DNA of 64,000 bases from an uncultured Gemmatimonadales bacterium (GTDB taxonomy: Bacteria; Gemmatimonadota; Gemmatimonadetes; Longimicrobiales; RSA9), in the NCBI GenBank assembly GCA_963708135.1, contig OY970192.1, forward strand, positions 3,328,001 to 3,392,000. Reading direction: 5' to 3'. The position numbers and the translations under genes were made by a program. This document shows, one piece after another, positions 40,814-51,519 of the stretch. Every line of letters starts with the position of its first letter. The first letter of the stretch is position 1. Below the pieces are notes generated by a model. It did no database searches. It saw only the letters and a program-made list of their open reading frames with translations, and was not told the DNA's origin.

Positions 40814-42594
40814 GCGGGTCGTCCTTCTCCGCCGAGCTCAAGCGGCGCAATGTGCTGCGCGCCGGTGCGTTCTACGCCGCGAGCGCGTGGCTGCTGGTCC
40901 AGATTGCGACCCAGGTCTTTCCGTTCTTCCACATTGCCGAGTGGGTGGTTCGCTGGATCGTGGTCGCTGCGGTCATCGGGTTCCCGTTCGCGCTGGCCTT
41001 CGCCTGGTTCTACGAATTCACGCCGCAAGGATTGAAGCGTGAGAGCGAGGTCGCCCTGAACGAATCGATCACCCGCCGCACCGGCAGGAAACTCGATCGC
41101 TGGATCATAGCCGTGCTCGCCCTCGCGGTGGTGTTGTTGCTGGCCAATACCTTCGTGCTCCACAAGGGTGCGGGCGGCAGCATGGCCCGGGCTGCGCCGG
41201 CGAAATCCATCGCGGTGCTGCCGTTCGCCAACCTGAGTGGCGATCCGAAGAACGCGTATTTCAGCGACGGCATCACCGAGGAGATCCTCAACGCGCTGGC
41301 GCAGGTTCGCGATCTGAAAGTCGCCGGGCGCACCTCCGCGTTTCAGTTCAACGGCCAGAACGAGGATCTGCGCAAGGTCGGTGAAACCCTGGGCGTGGCG
41401 ACCGTGCTCGAAGGCAGCGTGCAACGCGCGCAGGATCAGGTGCGCATCACCGCGCAGCTGGTGGATGCGCACAGCGGCTACCAGCTGTGGTCGGAGAAAT
41501 TCGATCGCAAGCTGACCAATATCTTCGCGGTCGAGGATGAGATTTCGAACGCGATCGCGGAGAAGCTGAGCGTTCAGTTGAGCACCGGGCGCGCGGAAGT
41601 CTCGGGCAACACGGCCAATCCGCAGGCGCATGAGCTCTACCTGCGGGGGCTGACCCTGCTGGCTGCGCGCGGACCCGGCCTGCGCGAGGCGATCGCGGCG
41701 TTCCGCCAGGCCGTCGAGCTGGACCCGCGCTACGCCCAGGCCTGGGGTGGGTTGGCCGAGGCCGAACAACTGCTGCCGGGCTACGTGTTCGTGGATGTCG
41801 ATACGGCGATGGAGCGTGCCGAAACGGCCGCGCAAAGCGCGCTTCGGATCGATCCGGATATGCCGTCGGCGCTGGTCGCCATGGGTAATGTGTATGGGTA
41901 CCGCATACAATGGGCGGAAGCCGACAGCGCATTTCGCCATGCATTGAGCGTGGCCCCGGCGGATGTCGAGGCGATCGACCAGTATGCGCAGTTCCTGGAA
42001 ACGACCGGGCAGCTCGAGGCGGCTTTGCGCCAGATCGAACGCGCGCAACGGCTTGATCCTCTGTCCGCGGTCATCGGCGCAGTCCGAACCTCCGTTCTGA
42101 TGGGATTGCATCGTGATGCCGATGCCGTGGCGCAGATTCAAGGCGTGCTATCCGCCCGCCCCGGTTTCTACCCGGCGTGCATCAACGCGGTGGTGCTGTA
42201 CGTCCACCTCGGGCGTTACGCTGATGCCGAAACGCAGCTTCGCGCGATGGCGCGGACTCTGGGCGTGGATGTGGATGCCAAGGTCCTGCTGGTTCGCGGG
42301 ATGGCCGATCCTGCCGAACGCAGCGCGGCATTGCGCAGTCTGGAGGCCGCGCCTGCGAACGCCGATCTGCGTGCGGATGCGCTGATTCATGCCACCTTCC
42401 TGGCCTTGCTCGGCGACAGGGACCGGGCATTCGATCAGTTGGACACCTACGCGGCCAGGCGCAACGGGGTCGCCTCCGGATTCATGTGGCTGCCGGCCCT
42501 GGATCCGTTGCGTGGCGATCCACGATTCAAGGCCATCTTGAAGAAGCTGGGCTTGCCGTACGCGCCTGCGGAAGCGGCGCCATCAATCTCCTGA
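40810..42594 (+). CDS. Membrane-anchored TolB-like N-terminal domain + TPR protein
   Basis: ELKRRNV 3-TM module, SIAVLPFANLS, FSDGITEEILNAL, LEGSVQR, TPR repeats; lower GC than the backbone. Confidence 0.88.
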   Translation: MSGSSFSAELKRRNVLRAGAFYAASAWLLVQIATQVFPFFHIAEWVVRWIVVAAVIGFPFALAFAWFYEFTPQGLKRESEVALNESITRRTGRKLDRWIIAVLALAVVLLLANTFVLHKGAGGSMARAAPAKSIAVLPFANLSGDPKNAYFSDGITEEILNALAQVRDLKVAGRTSAFQFNGQNEDLRKVGETLGVATVLEGSVQRAQDQVRITAQLVDAHSGYQLWSEKFDRKLTNIFAVEDEISNAIAEKLSVQLSTGRAEVSGNTANPQAHELYLRGLTLLAARGPGLREAIAAFRQAVELDPRYAQAWGGLAEAEQLLPGYVFVDVDTAMERAETAAQSALRIDPDMPSALVAMGNVYGYRIQWAEADSAFRHALSVAPADVEAIDQYAQFLETTGQLEAALRQIERAQRLDPLSAVIGAVRTSVLMGLHRDADAVAQIQGVLSARPGFYPACINAVVLYVHLGRYADAETQLRAMARTLGVDVDAKVLLVRGMADPAERSAALRSLEAAPANADLRADALIHATFLALLGDRDRAFDQLDTYAARRNGVASGFMWLPALDPLRGDPRFKAILKKLGLPYAPAEAAPSIS

Positions 42595-42680
42595 TCCATG
42601 TGGGTGTCGCGGCTTGCTGTATCCGCGCGGAATCCTGCCCGGCTTGGACGGCCGGCCGGCGCCAGATCATCACGCGCCTC

Positions 42681-45092
42681 CTACTCGCCCACCAGCCGCG
42701 CCAGCGCGCGGCGCACGCCTTCGACCTCTGGTACGAGGGAGGGCTCCGGGTCGGTGCGCAGCGCCAGATAGCGACGGTACGCCTCGATCGCGCCGCGGCG
42801 GTCCCCGGTGAGCGCCGCCAGCCGGCCTTCCTCCCGCAGCAGGTCGGCCTGGTAGCCGACGACCTGGTGGTGGTACTCGCGCCGGCGCACCGCCGCCAGT
42901 GCGCGCTTCGGCTCTCCGAGCTTCTCCCAGAGGCGGGCGGCGAGCAGGTTGAGCTGGCGCGTGGGGCCGGCCATCTGCCCCGCGGCCACATCGCGGTCCA
43001 GCCTTTCCAGCGCCGCCCGGGCATCGGGCGCGCCACGTGCCACCGCCGCCGTGGCGTCCACCGCCTCCGCCAGCATCTCCGTCACCGGCGAGGCTCCTGA
43101 GCCCGCGCGGGCCGCACGCAGCCGAGCGGCGGTTTCCGCGGCGGTCGAGGTGTTCCCGCGCCGGATGCGCCAGAGCTCGGCGGCCGTGCGCAGCGCGACC
43201 CATCGCCGCATGAGGTCGAGTGACGCGGGCGGGCTCCCCGCCACCTGCGGCCAGACCGCTGCCAGCGCACTGTCGGCCGCCGCCGCGCTCCCATCGGAGA
43301 AGACCGCGTCGGAGAGCACCTGGAAGTCCTGGAAGCCCTGCGCGGGCGCGGGCGCGTCCGCCATGATCGCGGCTGCCCGCGCCGGCTGCCCCATGGCCCG
43401 CTCCAGCCGGGCCGCCGCCGAGCGAACCGCGAGCTGCTCGCTGGGCGTTCCGGTCCGTGCCAGCCCGGCCTCGACCGCGGCCCGCGCGTCCTCCAGGCCC
43501 GCAGCCTCCAGCTCCGCCGTGCCGATGATCCGGAGCAGGCTCTGGATCGACGTCCTGGGGAACTCCGCCCGCAGCCGCGCGAGCGCCGCGGTGTCGTGCG
43601 CCGCGAGCGCGACGCGCCAGCGGACGAACGCGACGACGTCGCCTTCGGGGTTGATGGCGGCGAAGCGGTCCGCCAGCCGGCGCGCCCGTCCGATGTCGCC
43701 CTCGCGGATCGAGACCTCCACCAGGTGCATCAGCGGCACCGCGTAGCTGGAGTCCAGCTCCACGGCGCGCGAGAGGGCCGCATCCGCCCGCCGGATCGCA
43801 TCCGCCTGCCCGAGGTAGCCTCCGTCGTGGAACTCCAGGTCGCCCAGGACGTTCCACGCCTCCGGCCGGTCGGGCGCCGCCTGCACCGCGCGCTGCGCGG
43901 CCTCGATCGCGTCCGCATACGACGGCGGCCGCGGCCCCTCGCCGTGCGGCCCGGGTGGGCCGGCAATCGCGTCCAGGAGCGCCCGGTCGCGGCCGCTCAG
44001 CCGGTCGCGCAGCGACCACGCCGGCTGCACCAGCGCCCCGGTCTCCTGGTCGATCACCCAGTTCCCCGCCACCAGGCGGCCCAGCGCCGCCAGCGCGAAC
44101 GTCGAGTCCAGCTCGAGTGCCCGGTTGTAGTCCGCCAGCGCCTTCTGGTAGGCGCCACGCCTGTAGGCGACGCTGCCGTCCAGGTACGCGCGCAGCGCCG
44201 GCAGCGGGGTGGCCGAGAGCGCCGCCAGATGCCGCGCGTCCTCCCCCGCGCCGCCCGCCAGGAGCTGCCCCGCCAGCCGGTCCACCAGCGCCGGAAGCGA
44301 GTCGGGCGCTCCCTCCACGCTCGCCCGCGCCCGGGTCCCGCCGCCGCGGGCGTCCAGGAGTGAGGCGGAGAGCGTGAGGTGCGACGCCGACCCCACGACG
44401 GTGCCCTCCAGCAGCCCGCCCGCACCCAGCTGGCGGGCGAGGCCGAGCGCAGCGTCCTGGTCGAGGTCGTCCGCGCCGGAGCCGCCCGCGGACCGCCACG
44501 CCGCGAGCAGCGTCCGCGGCTCGACCGCCCGCGGCCCGCCCTCGCCCGTGAGCTTGGCGGCCAGGAGATCGAGCATGCCTTCCCGCAGATACGAGAGGGA
44601 GGGATCCGCGGCCGCGACCCGGAACGGCACCACGGCGACCAGCCCGCGGTCGAGCTCCGCGCCTTCGTGGTGCAGCCGCGCCGCCGTGAGCCACGCGCCC
44701 GAAAGGGCGACCGCGACGCCGAGCGCGAACCATGGGGCGCGGCGGGAGCGCCGGCCGGCGGCGAACGCGCGCGCAGGAGCCGCGGGGGCGACGTCGCCTG
44801 CAGGCACTTCGTGCGACGTCTCCGCCCCCGCCTCGCCGGCGTCCGCCGGCCCCTCGTCCCACCGCACCCCCTCCGGCGTGACCTGGAGCGCCCAGGCCAG
44901 TGTCACGGCGATAGGGAACCCGGCGAGGGCGAGGACCCAGAGGAGCGTCATCGTCCACGCGGGCAGGCGCAGCGGAGCGACGGCCAGATCCACGGCCTGG
45001 AGGACGCCGAATGCCACGACGGCATAGGCGGCAGCCACGCGGAACACCTTCCGGCGGCGGAGCTCGGAGATGAAGGACGGCTTGTGGGTCAT
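42681..45092 (-). CDS. Membrane-anchored TolB-like/TPR protein (same N-terminal module as 40810)
   Basis: ELRRRKVFRVAAAY, VAVVPF, ALELDSTFALA TPR repeats. Confidence 0.85.
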   Translation of the reverse strand: MTHKPSFISELRRRKVFRVAAAYAVVAFGVLQAVDLAVAPLRLPAWTMTLLWVLALAGFPIAVTLAWALQVTPEGVRWDEGPADAGEAGAETSHEVPAGDVAPAAPARAFAAGRRSRRAPWFALGVAVALSGAWLTAARLHHEGAELDRGLVAVVPFRVAAADPSLSYLREGMLDLLAAKLTGEGGPRAVEPRTLLAAWRSAGGSGADDLDQDAALGLARQLGAGGLLEGTVVGSASHLTLSASLLDARGGGTRARASVEGAPDSLPALVDRLAGQLLAGGAGEDARHLAALSATPLPALRAYLDGSVAYRRGAYQKALADYNRALELDSTFALAALGRLVAGNWVIDQETGALVQPAWSLRDRLSGRDRALLDAIAGPPGPHGEGPRPPSYADAIEAAQRAVQAAPDRPEAWNVLGDLEFHDGGYLGQADAIRRADAALSRAVELDSSYAVPLMHLVEVSIREGDIGRARRLADRFAAINPEGDVVAFVRWRVALAAHDTAALARLRAEFPRTSIQSLLRIIGTAELEAAGLEDARAAVEAGLARTGTPSEQLAVRSAAARLERAMGQPARAAAIMADAPAPAQGFQDFQVLSDAVFSDGSAAAADSALAAVWPQVAGSPPASLDLMRRWVALRTAAELWRIRRGNTSTAAETAARLRAARAGSGASPVTEMLAEAVDATAAVARGAPDARAALERLDRDVAAGQMAGPTRQLNLLAARLWEKLGEPKRALAAVRRREYHHQVVGYQADLLREEGRLAALTGDRRGAIEAYRRYLALRTDPEPSLVPEVEGVRRALARLVGE

Positions 45093-45114
45093 TGCGAACC
45101 GGATTGGCGTTGGG

Positions 45115-47914
45115 TCAGCCCTTCGGCGCGGGATCGAACTCCACGACGAGGTGGGAGGGGAACGGTCCGTCCATCTGCAGCGTGCCGTCCGTTCCGGCGG
45201 CCCTCCGCAGGTTGGGCCGGCCGAGGACGGCCTGCGCGATGCGCGGGATCTGCACCATGTTGATATACTGCCCGAAACAGGTGTGCATGCCGTAGCCGAA
45301 GTGCATGTATTCGTGGGCCGGGCGGTCCACCCGGAACTCCTCCGGCGACGGGATGCGGTCGCCGTCGAAGGTGGCCGACTGCAGCACGGCCAGCACCCTG
45401 GTCCCCGCCTTCAGGGTCGTGGCGCGATGCGTGCCCCGGGCGATGGTGTAGTCCGCCAGGACCATGCGCGGGACGCCGGGGCCGAGCGGGTTGAACCGCA
45501 TCGCCTCCGAAACGTAGCTCGCGACGGTGCCGCTGTCGCCCCTGGCCGCGGCGGCGTGCGCCAGCGCGAGCTCGCGGGGCCGGCGCAGCAGCTCGTCGAT
45601 GGCGCGCGCCGCCATGGCCGCGGTGGTCGGAATCGCACCGACGACCAGCCCGAAGAGGTTCACCGCGAGCGTCTCGTCGTCCATCCCCGGCACGCCGGCA
45701 TCCTGGAGCACGAGGCAGCGCTCGAGGACATCGTCGCGCGGGCCGCGCGCCGACTTCCGCGCGGCGATCGAGGCGCGCAGGGCGGTGAGCATCCGGCCGG
45801 CCGCCTGCTGCGCCCCGGCGCGCAGGTTGGCGGCGGAGAGGAAGAGGTAGCCGGAGATCAGCCCGGCCTCCGTGGCGAAGGCGCCGGGCGTGGGGCTGGG
45901 CGTGCCGAAGTAGTCCGCCACGAACTCGCCGGCGACGCGCAGCGCCAGCTCCTGCACCACGTCGATGCGCCCGGGGGCCGCCGCCACGATCGCGTCCGCC
46001 GTCGTGGCGACGAACGGAGCGATGCGAGCCGGGATGTCGTCCCGCCGCACCACGATGCGCATGTTGGAGACGTCGCGCTGGTACTCCGGCGTGTTGCTCA
46101 TCCCCAGGAAGAAGTTCCGCCCACCGGTGAGCTCGGCGAAGTTGTCGGCGTACGGCACCTGGAAGACCGCGTCGCGGGAGAGGACCTCCTGCACGTCCTC
46201 GAACCGGGTGACCAGGGTGAGGTCCTTGATCGTCAGGATCGGCTTCAGCCGGCGCAGCACCGCGAAGATCCGCTCGGGGTGCGCCACCGCCCACGCTTTC
46301 AGGCCGTCCTCGATGTGGTGCAGCTCCGTGCCGAGGGCGCCGAGCTCCTCATCGACGAGGTGGGCGATCTCGTGCGGGAGCGCGGCCGCGTGCCGGCCGA
46401 TCTTCGCCTCGATCGCCTCGATGCGCGAGATGATCGCCTCATGCACGGGGGCACCTCCGGGTGATGGCATTGGCAGGGTGTCGTCGCCGACGCCCGTCTC
46501 GTCGAAGCGGATCAGCCGCGCCTCGAGCACGTCCCGGGCGCGCACCATCCAGCGGAGCGCCGTGATGCTCGGCATGAAGAAGTAGGCGCCGCCGCGCATC
46601 TCGACGAGCTGGGGCAGGCCGAAGCAGACGTGTGGCCGGTGGCCCCCGGGCGCGCTGGCGTCGCCCGGGATCACCATCTTGTCCGAGGCCGCCCGGCTGC
46701 CCATGAGGGGGTCGGTGTCGTTTCCCTGGCTGAACTCGTTTCCGTAGTTGAGCCACTGCTGCAGCACGAACTCGAACTGCTCCTGCAGCGAGGCGCACAG
46801 CGCGACGAAGATCACCCCGTGCTCGCCGGTGTCATCGCCCGGCTCGTCGGCCGGGATCCACCGGCCGTACGGCAGCCCGCGGCGGATGATGCGGCGGCCG
46901 GCGGTCAGCGAGGTGCCGAAGCCGAGGGCATCGCGGGGGTTGGCGCGGCGGATGTGGGAGCCGAGCGGGCAGCGCAGTCCGTCGGGGTCGGCGGCGTAGC
47001 GGAAGTCGATCACGCGGTCGGCGTCCGCCACGATCGATGGATCGGGGTGATCGGGTGACAGGGCGAGGGGCGTCCCGTCGCGCCAGCGCCCGACCATCTT
47101 CGCCGCGAGTCGCTCCGGGCCGCCCGGAACGCGCGCTCCCTCCTCGGCGAGGAACCGCCGGAAGCTGCCCACGTTCTGGTGCAGCTTGGTGTACGCGACG
47201 AAGGTCCCGTTCCTGAACAGGTTGATCGGCGGCGGGGTGTGCGCGATCTCGCCCGCTTCGTTGCGGTGGCCGAGAAGGAACTCGCCCGCCGCGACCGGCT
47301 CCCAACCGCGGTCCGTCGGCTTGCCGCCGCCGGGCCTGGGCGGCAGTCCGGTCGAGGCGATGTGCGGATTCCCGAAGCCGTCCGAGTAGCCGAAGTGCTC
47401 CTTGTTGCTCGGCTTCCCGCCGATGACCAGGGCGCCCGCATCCTGGCTCCCGACCAGTGTGGCGCCACCCGACGTCCGGCGCAGGTCCTCGAGCCAGGCG
47501 ACGCGGGCCGCGAGCGCATCCGGATCCCTCGCGCCGATCATGACGAAGCAGTGCACGGCTTCGTCGCGCCAGAGCGGTTCCCACCTGCTCGGGTCGCTCG
47601 GCCCGACCTCGCCCAGCGTGCGCGCGCGCGCGCGAAATCCCTGCCGGAAGTCGGCGGGGAACGCATTCGAGGGCGTCCGGCGGCAGGCCGAGCGCCTGCA
47701 GCCCGGGGTAGCTGAAGGCGACGTTCACCGTGGAGGCCGGCTTCCCGCCGTCCCATTCCACCGACGTCGTGACCTCGTGGGTGATCGCCTCGACGAGGCT
47801 GCGCGCCTTCGCGGCGTCATCGAACCGCAGGAAGACGTAGCGCGCCACCCTCGAGCGGTAGCCGCGGATGATGTTCCCCTGGATGTCGGCCAGGTCGAGC
47901 CGAAGTTCGCTCAT
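45115..47914 (-). CDS. DyP-type peroxidase - cytochrome P450 fusion, interrupted by one extra base near 47668
   Basis: DIQGNII start (ATG 47914), EHFGYSDG, HIRRANPR, IIRRGLPYG, then in the same frame EAMR and FGYGMHTCFG. The span is 2800 bp (3n+1); removing one base at 47668/9 gives LGLPPDALNAFPADFRQG. Confidence 0.85.
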
Positions 47915-48504
47915 ATCGTCCCCGGCGCTGGCGGTGCGGCGCCCTGCAGGTCTTCTGCGAAGGCGCTGAAGGCGCGCTGCAGATCCGCCGCCGGCGCGCC
48001 CTGATGGTGCCGCAGGAAGTCGATCAGCCGCCGCTGGGTGTCGAGCGCCCGCAGCACGCCCGACAGCGGCGTCGTCGCATACGCGCCGAAGGCGAAGGTC
48101 GAGGTGATCCGGCAGCGGCCCATGTAGCGCCGGAACGCCTCGAGATCGCGCGTTCCCGGAAAGCCGACGCAATGCTCCCAGAGCGCGTCGACCAGGTCGC
48201 CCGCCTTCATCGCCAGGGCCACGAGAAAGGCGGGGAGGTCCCCGTCGAAGTCGGCGGTGAAGACCAGGTACTTCGACCGGAGGTGATCCTCCCTGGCCGG
48301 GATGCCCTGGTTCCGCACGTCGTCCAGCACGACGAAGCGGCACACGTGCAGCGTCGGGATGGCGGCCAGCGGACTCCCGGCGCCCTGCGGGAGCTGTGAG
48401 AGGACGGTGCGGATCGCCGTCGCGTGCACGGACCCGCGGGTGTGGCCCCCGATGATCGGGGAGAGGATCGTGAGGGCGTAGGCCTGGCCGAAGCGATCGG
48501 GCAT
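47911..48504 (-). CDS. DyP-operon-associated hypothetical protein
   Basis: YALTILSPI, LHVCRFVV, YLVFTADFDG, WEHCVGFPG; ATGA-coupled to the DyP start; looks paralogous to the upstream gene. Confidence 0.8.
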   Translation of the reverse strand: MPDRFGQAYALTILSPIIGGHTRGSVHATAIRTVLSQLPQGAGSPLAAIPTLHVCRFVVLDDVRNQGIPAREDHLRSKYLVFTADFDGDLPAFLVALAMKAGDLVDALWEHCVGFPGTRDLEAFRRYMGRCRITSTFAFGAYATTPLSGVLRALDTQRRLIDFLRHHQGAPAADLQRAFSAFAEDLQGAAPPAPGTI

Positions 48505-48510
48505 GGGGCC

Positions 48511-49171
48511 TCAGGCCGGCGGCGGGGCGGACGGCGTGAGCGTCGGCTCGGTGCTCGCATCGAGGGCCACCGCCACCGCATTCGGGGCCCGTCGTGGACA
48601 GCGACCCCTGGACCGAGGTGACGAAGGCGTAGAACGCGCGCTCGAACTCCTCGGGAGACAGGCCCCGGCTGGCCGGGATGAAGGCGTCCAGCCGCGCCTG
48701 CAGGTCGATCGCGTGACGGATGTCGCTGGTGGTCGCGCCCGGCGTCGCGTTGTAGTAGTAGTCGTTGTCGTACTGGTTCTGCGCGATGTAGGCCAGAAAC
48801 GGCGTGATCGGCCGGGAGCCCGGATAGCTCGTGGACCAGCGCCAGATGTTGTTCATGCCACCGGGGATCACCTCCGAGAAGGCGTCGATGTACTGCTCCC
48901 AGCTGCCGTTGAAGTTGCTGCAGAAGAGGAGGTAGTCGTAGTGGAGCGATTCCTCCGGCTGCGACGGGTCGAGCCGCGGGAAGCGGCCGCGCGGAATGAT
49001 CACCCAGCGGGCGAAATGGATGAACGAGAGGTTGGCCAGGTTCTGCTGGTCCTTCTTCGGCACGCCGAGGCGCCCGATCACGAAAAACACCAGGCGCAGG
49101 AAGACCGTCTTCCACGGCGCCATGGGCGTGGTGTTGGTGATGGCGAAGGCTTTCCCGGCGACATTGGCCAT
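48511..49171 (-). CDS. DyP-operon-associated hypothetical protein (one extra base near 48583)
   Basis: GGAG RBS; IHFARWVII, YLLFCSNFNGSWEQYIDAF. The span is 661 bp (3n+1); removing one base gives a GC3-rich tail ending at TGA 6 bp before the next ATG. Confidence 0.75.
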
Positions 49172-49362
49172 CCGCTGCTCCAACCGTCGGGTGGGAAGCA
49201 CACTCGGGCGACCGCTGACACGCTGCGGCATGGCCCGGCGAGGACTGCCAAGATGCGCCCGGCGGGGCTGTTCGCGGAAGGGTCTTGTGGCTCGGCTCGT
49301 CGCCGTCTCACGTGGGCTCCGCCGGCCGGCGACCGGCGGGCGACCGGCGACGGTTCGCCCCC

Positions 49363-49737
49363 GTGTGCGTGCGCGTGTGCGTGTGCGGTGGTTCGTGCCG
49401 TGTCTTCACGCCCGGCACGCTTGCGCGACCGGCTTGCGCTCGCGCGCGGCCGCACGCGGGTCGCGCAGGCGCAAAAGGGGGTGCCGAAAAGGGTCGGGGG
49501 CGCGGGGACGGGGACGGGGACGGGGACGGGGACGGGGACGGGCACGGGCACGGGCACGGGCACGGGCACGGGCACGGGGCACGGGGCACGGGCACGGGGG
49601 ACGGGCGCGGGCACACGCTACGCCCGGCACGCTTACGGGCACACGCGTTCGCACACGGGCACACGCACGGGCACTGTCACACCCACACGCATACGCACAC
49701 GGGTTCGCACCTGCACACGCACACGCACACGCACACG
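49363..49737. repeat. Compound hexamer microsatellites: (GTGTGC)n ... (GGGGAC)n(GGGCAC)n ... (ACACGC)n
   Basis: Read directly at ~49363-49387, 49503-49613 and 49640-49737, in a divergent intergenic region. Confidence 0.85.
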
Positions 49738-49771
49738 GGTCCTATCCCCCGCAGCGAAGAAGAGGTGCTCC

Positions 49772-50098
49772 ATGATATGCCGAATCTGGCGTGGCTGGAC
49801 CACACCGGCCGATTCAGACACGTACGAACGGTTGCTCCGTAGCGAGATCATCGTGGGGATCGCCGAGCGAAACATTCCCGGGTTCCGCCGGATCGATGTG
49901 CTGCGTCGCGATCTGTCGGATGGCAGCGAGTTCACGACGCTGATGTGGTTCGACGATCTCGATGCGGTGCGACTCTTCGCGGGCGAGGATTACGAGGCGG
50001 CCGTCGTGCCACCCGCGGCGCGTCAGGTGCTGGCCAGGTTCGATGAGCGCAGCGCGCATTGCCGCGTTCTGGAGCAGCTCGAGCCGGGCGGAGGATGA
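49772..50098 (+). CDS. Antibiotic biosynthesis monooxygenase (ABM)-like protein
   Basis: MICRIWRGWT ... FAGEDYEAAVVP family pattern; GAGG RBS. Confidence 0.85.
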   Translation: MICRIWRGWTTPADSDTYERLLRSEIIVGIAERNIPGFRRIDVLRRDLSDGSEFTTLMWFDDLDAVRLFAGEDYEAAVVPPAARQVLARFDERSAHCRVLEQLEPGGG

Positions 50099-50126
50099 CG
50101 GCGAGTCCGCGGGCCGCGTGGAATCC

Positions 50127-51041
50127 TCAGCCCCACCCGCCCGTCCCGAGCGCCCGCACGAGATCGACCAGCGCCGCGTCCGGTTCCTCCTGAAGGCGCC
50201 GCCACGTCACGCGCATCACGCGCAGCCCGGCGGCCATCAGCTCGGCGTCCCGCCGCCGATCCCGCTCGAACGCCAGCTGCGATGAGTGGAACGCGAAGCC
50301 GTCGACTTCGACCACGAGCCGCTGCTTCCTCCACAGGAGATCGACCTGGTGCCCCGCAACCCGGACGTTCACCTCCGGCTCCGGCAGCTTCCCCCGGCGG
50401 ACCAGGTCGAGCAGCCGCTCCTCCGCCTCCGACCGCGTCCGCGCCGGCTCGCCCCGGTCCAGCAGCGCGCGCAGCTCCGGCGATCCCGGCCCGCGCGGGT
50501 GGCGCGCCAGCAGCCTCCGGAGCTCCTGCGGCGTGGTGAGCCGGAGCGCGAGCGCCTCGGCCAGCGCCCGCTCGAGTCCTCGCCCATCCAGCACGCCGGC
50601 AAGGTCGTAGAGGGTGCGGGCGGGAGTGGTGATCGGGATGCCGTCGAGGGTGGTGACCTCGTCGACGCGGAGGGTGGTCACACGGCGGACCAGCAGGCCC
50701 GGCTTTCTCGGGTCGCCTGCGCGTGCCATTACCTCGATCGGCCCGGCGGCAGCCGTGCCCGGGATGCGCCACAGCCGCGCCGCGGTCCCGTGGCTCAGGA
50801 CCGCCGAGGGTCCGCACGCCAGCGCGGCCGCCATCTCCGCCGCGAGCGGCGGCGCCGTCGGTCCCGCCAGGTAGACACCTCGATGCAACGCTCTCAGCCG
50901 CCCCGCCTGAACGCGTCGATCGATCGCATCGGCACTCACGCCTCCGGCCAGCAACTGGCTGCGGGCGACGACCCCGTGCTGCCGCCCGGCCAGCACGGCG
51001 ACGATCTCCTCCGCGTTCCGTGGCCCTGGCGGCGCGTGCAT
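50127..51041 (-). CDS. AbiEi-like HTH N-terminus + DUF559 (Vsr-like) endonuclease
   Basis: RQHGVV...LHRGVY, LSHGTAA.LW, TTPARTLYDL, VDLLW...LVVEVDG..FH...DRRRD...L...G.RVMRVTW; GGAGG RBS. Confidence 0.9.
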   Translation of the reverse strand: MHAPPGPRNAEEIVAVLAGRQHGVVARSQLLAGGVSADAIDRRVQAGRLRALHRGVYLAGPTAPPLAAEMAAALACGPSAVLSHGTAARLWRIPGTAAAGPIEVMARAGDPRKPGLLVRRVTTLRVDEVTTLDGIPITTPARTLYDLAGVLDGRGLERALAEALALRLTTPQELRRLLARHPRGPGSPELRALLDRGEPARTRSEAEERLLDLVRRGKLPEPEVNVRVAGHQVDLLWRKQRLVVEVDGFAFHSSQLAFERDRRRDAELMAAGLRVMRVTWRRLQEEPDAALVDLVRALGTGGWG

Positions 51042-51099
51042 GGCGATCGAGCCTCCCGGTGTTCGGATTGTCGATCCGGCGCGCTCCGCGGGTGGCCCC

Positions 51100-51260
51100 G
51101 GCGGGCGCCGCGGTGCCCGGGAGCGCCCGGGTCCTGGCGGGCGCCCTGGTCCTCGGCGGGCGCGCTGGTGCCCGGCGGGCGCGGCGGTCCTCGGCGGGCG
51201 CCCTGGTCCTCGGCGGGCGCGCTGGTGCCCGGCGGGCGCGCCGGTCCTCGGCGGGCGCCC
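51100..51260 (+). repeat. ~19-bp degenerate tandem repeat (GGCGGGCGCSCTGGTSCYC), ~8 units
   Basis: Read directly between the DUF559 start and the family A element. Confidence 0.8.
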
Positions 51261-51296
51261 GCGTCGCCGGCCGACGCCCCGGTTGCGTGCGGCGGG

Positions 51297-51475
51297 CGCG
51301 GTGAACTCCCCACGCGTACCCCGGCTCGGAGACGGTTGGGGAGTTGACCGCGCTATTCGTTGTCAACTCCCCACGGACCTCAGGTCCATGGGAACCATTG
51401 GGGACTTTGCCGCGCTATTCGTTGTCAACTCCCCAAACGTCGATTTCACGACCGATCCGTGGGGACTTTCCTGCC
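51297..51475 (+). repeat. 179-bp triple-palindrome dispersed element, family A, copy 3
   Basis: Colinear with 5185-5363; lies ~255 bp upstream of the DUF559 gene. Confidence 0.92.
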
Positions 51476-51519
51476 CCCGTCCCGCCCGCGGTGCCGGCCA
51501 TGGGATCGGCGCCCGGGTG

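Noticed and set aside
46832..49231. 799-aa ORF as a genuine fusion of the first operon gene with the DyP N-terminus
   Set aside because: Its middle and end are Arg/Pro/Gly-rich shadow frame over a better ORF (47911-48504); two single-base insertions explain it more simply.
50127..51041. Complete type IV AbiE toxin-antitoxin system
   Set aside because: No adjacent AbiEii nucleotidyltransferase; the C-terminus is a DUF559/Vsr-like nuclease.
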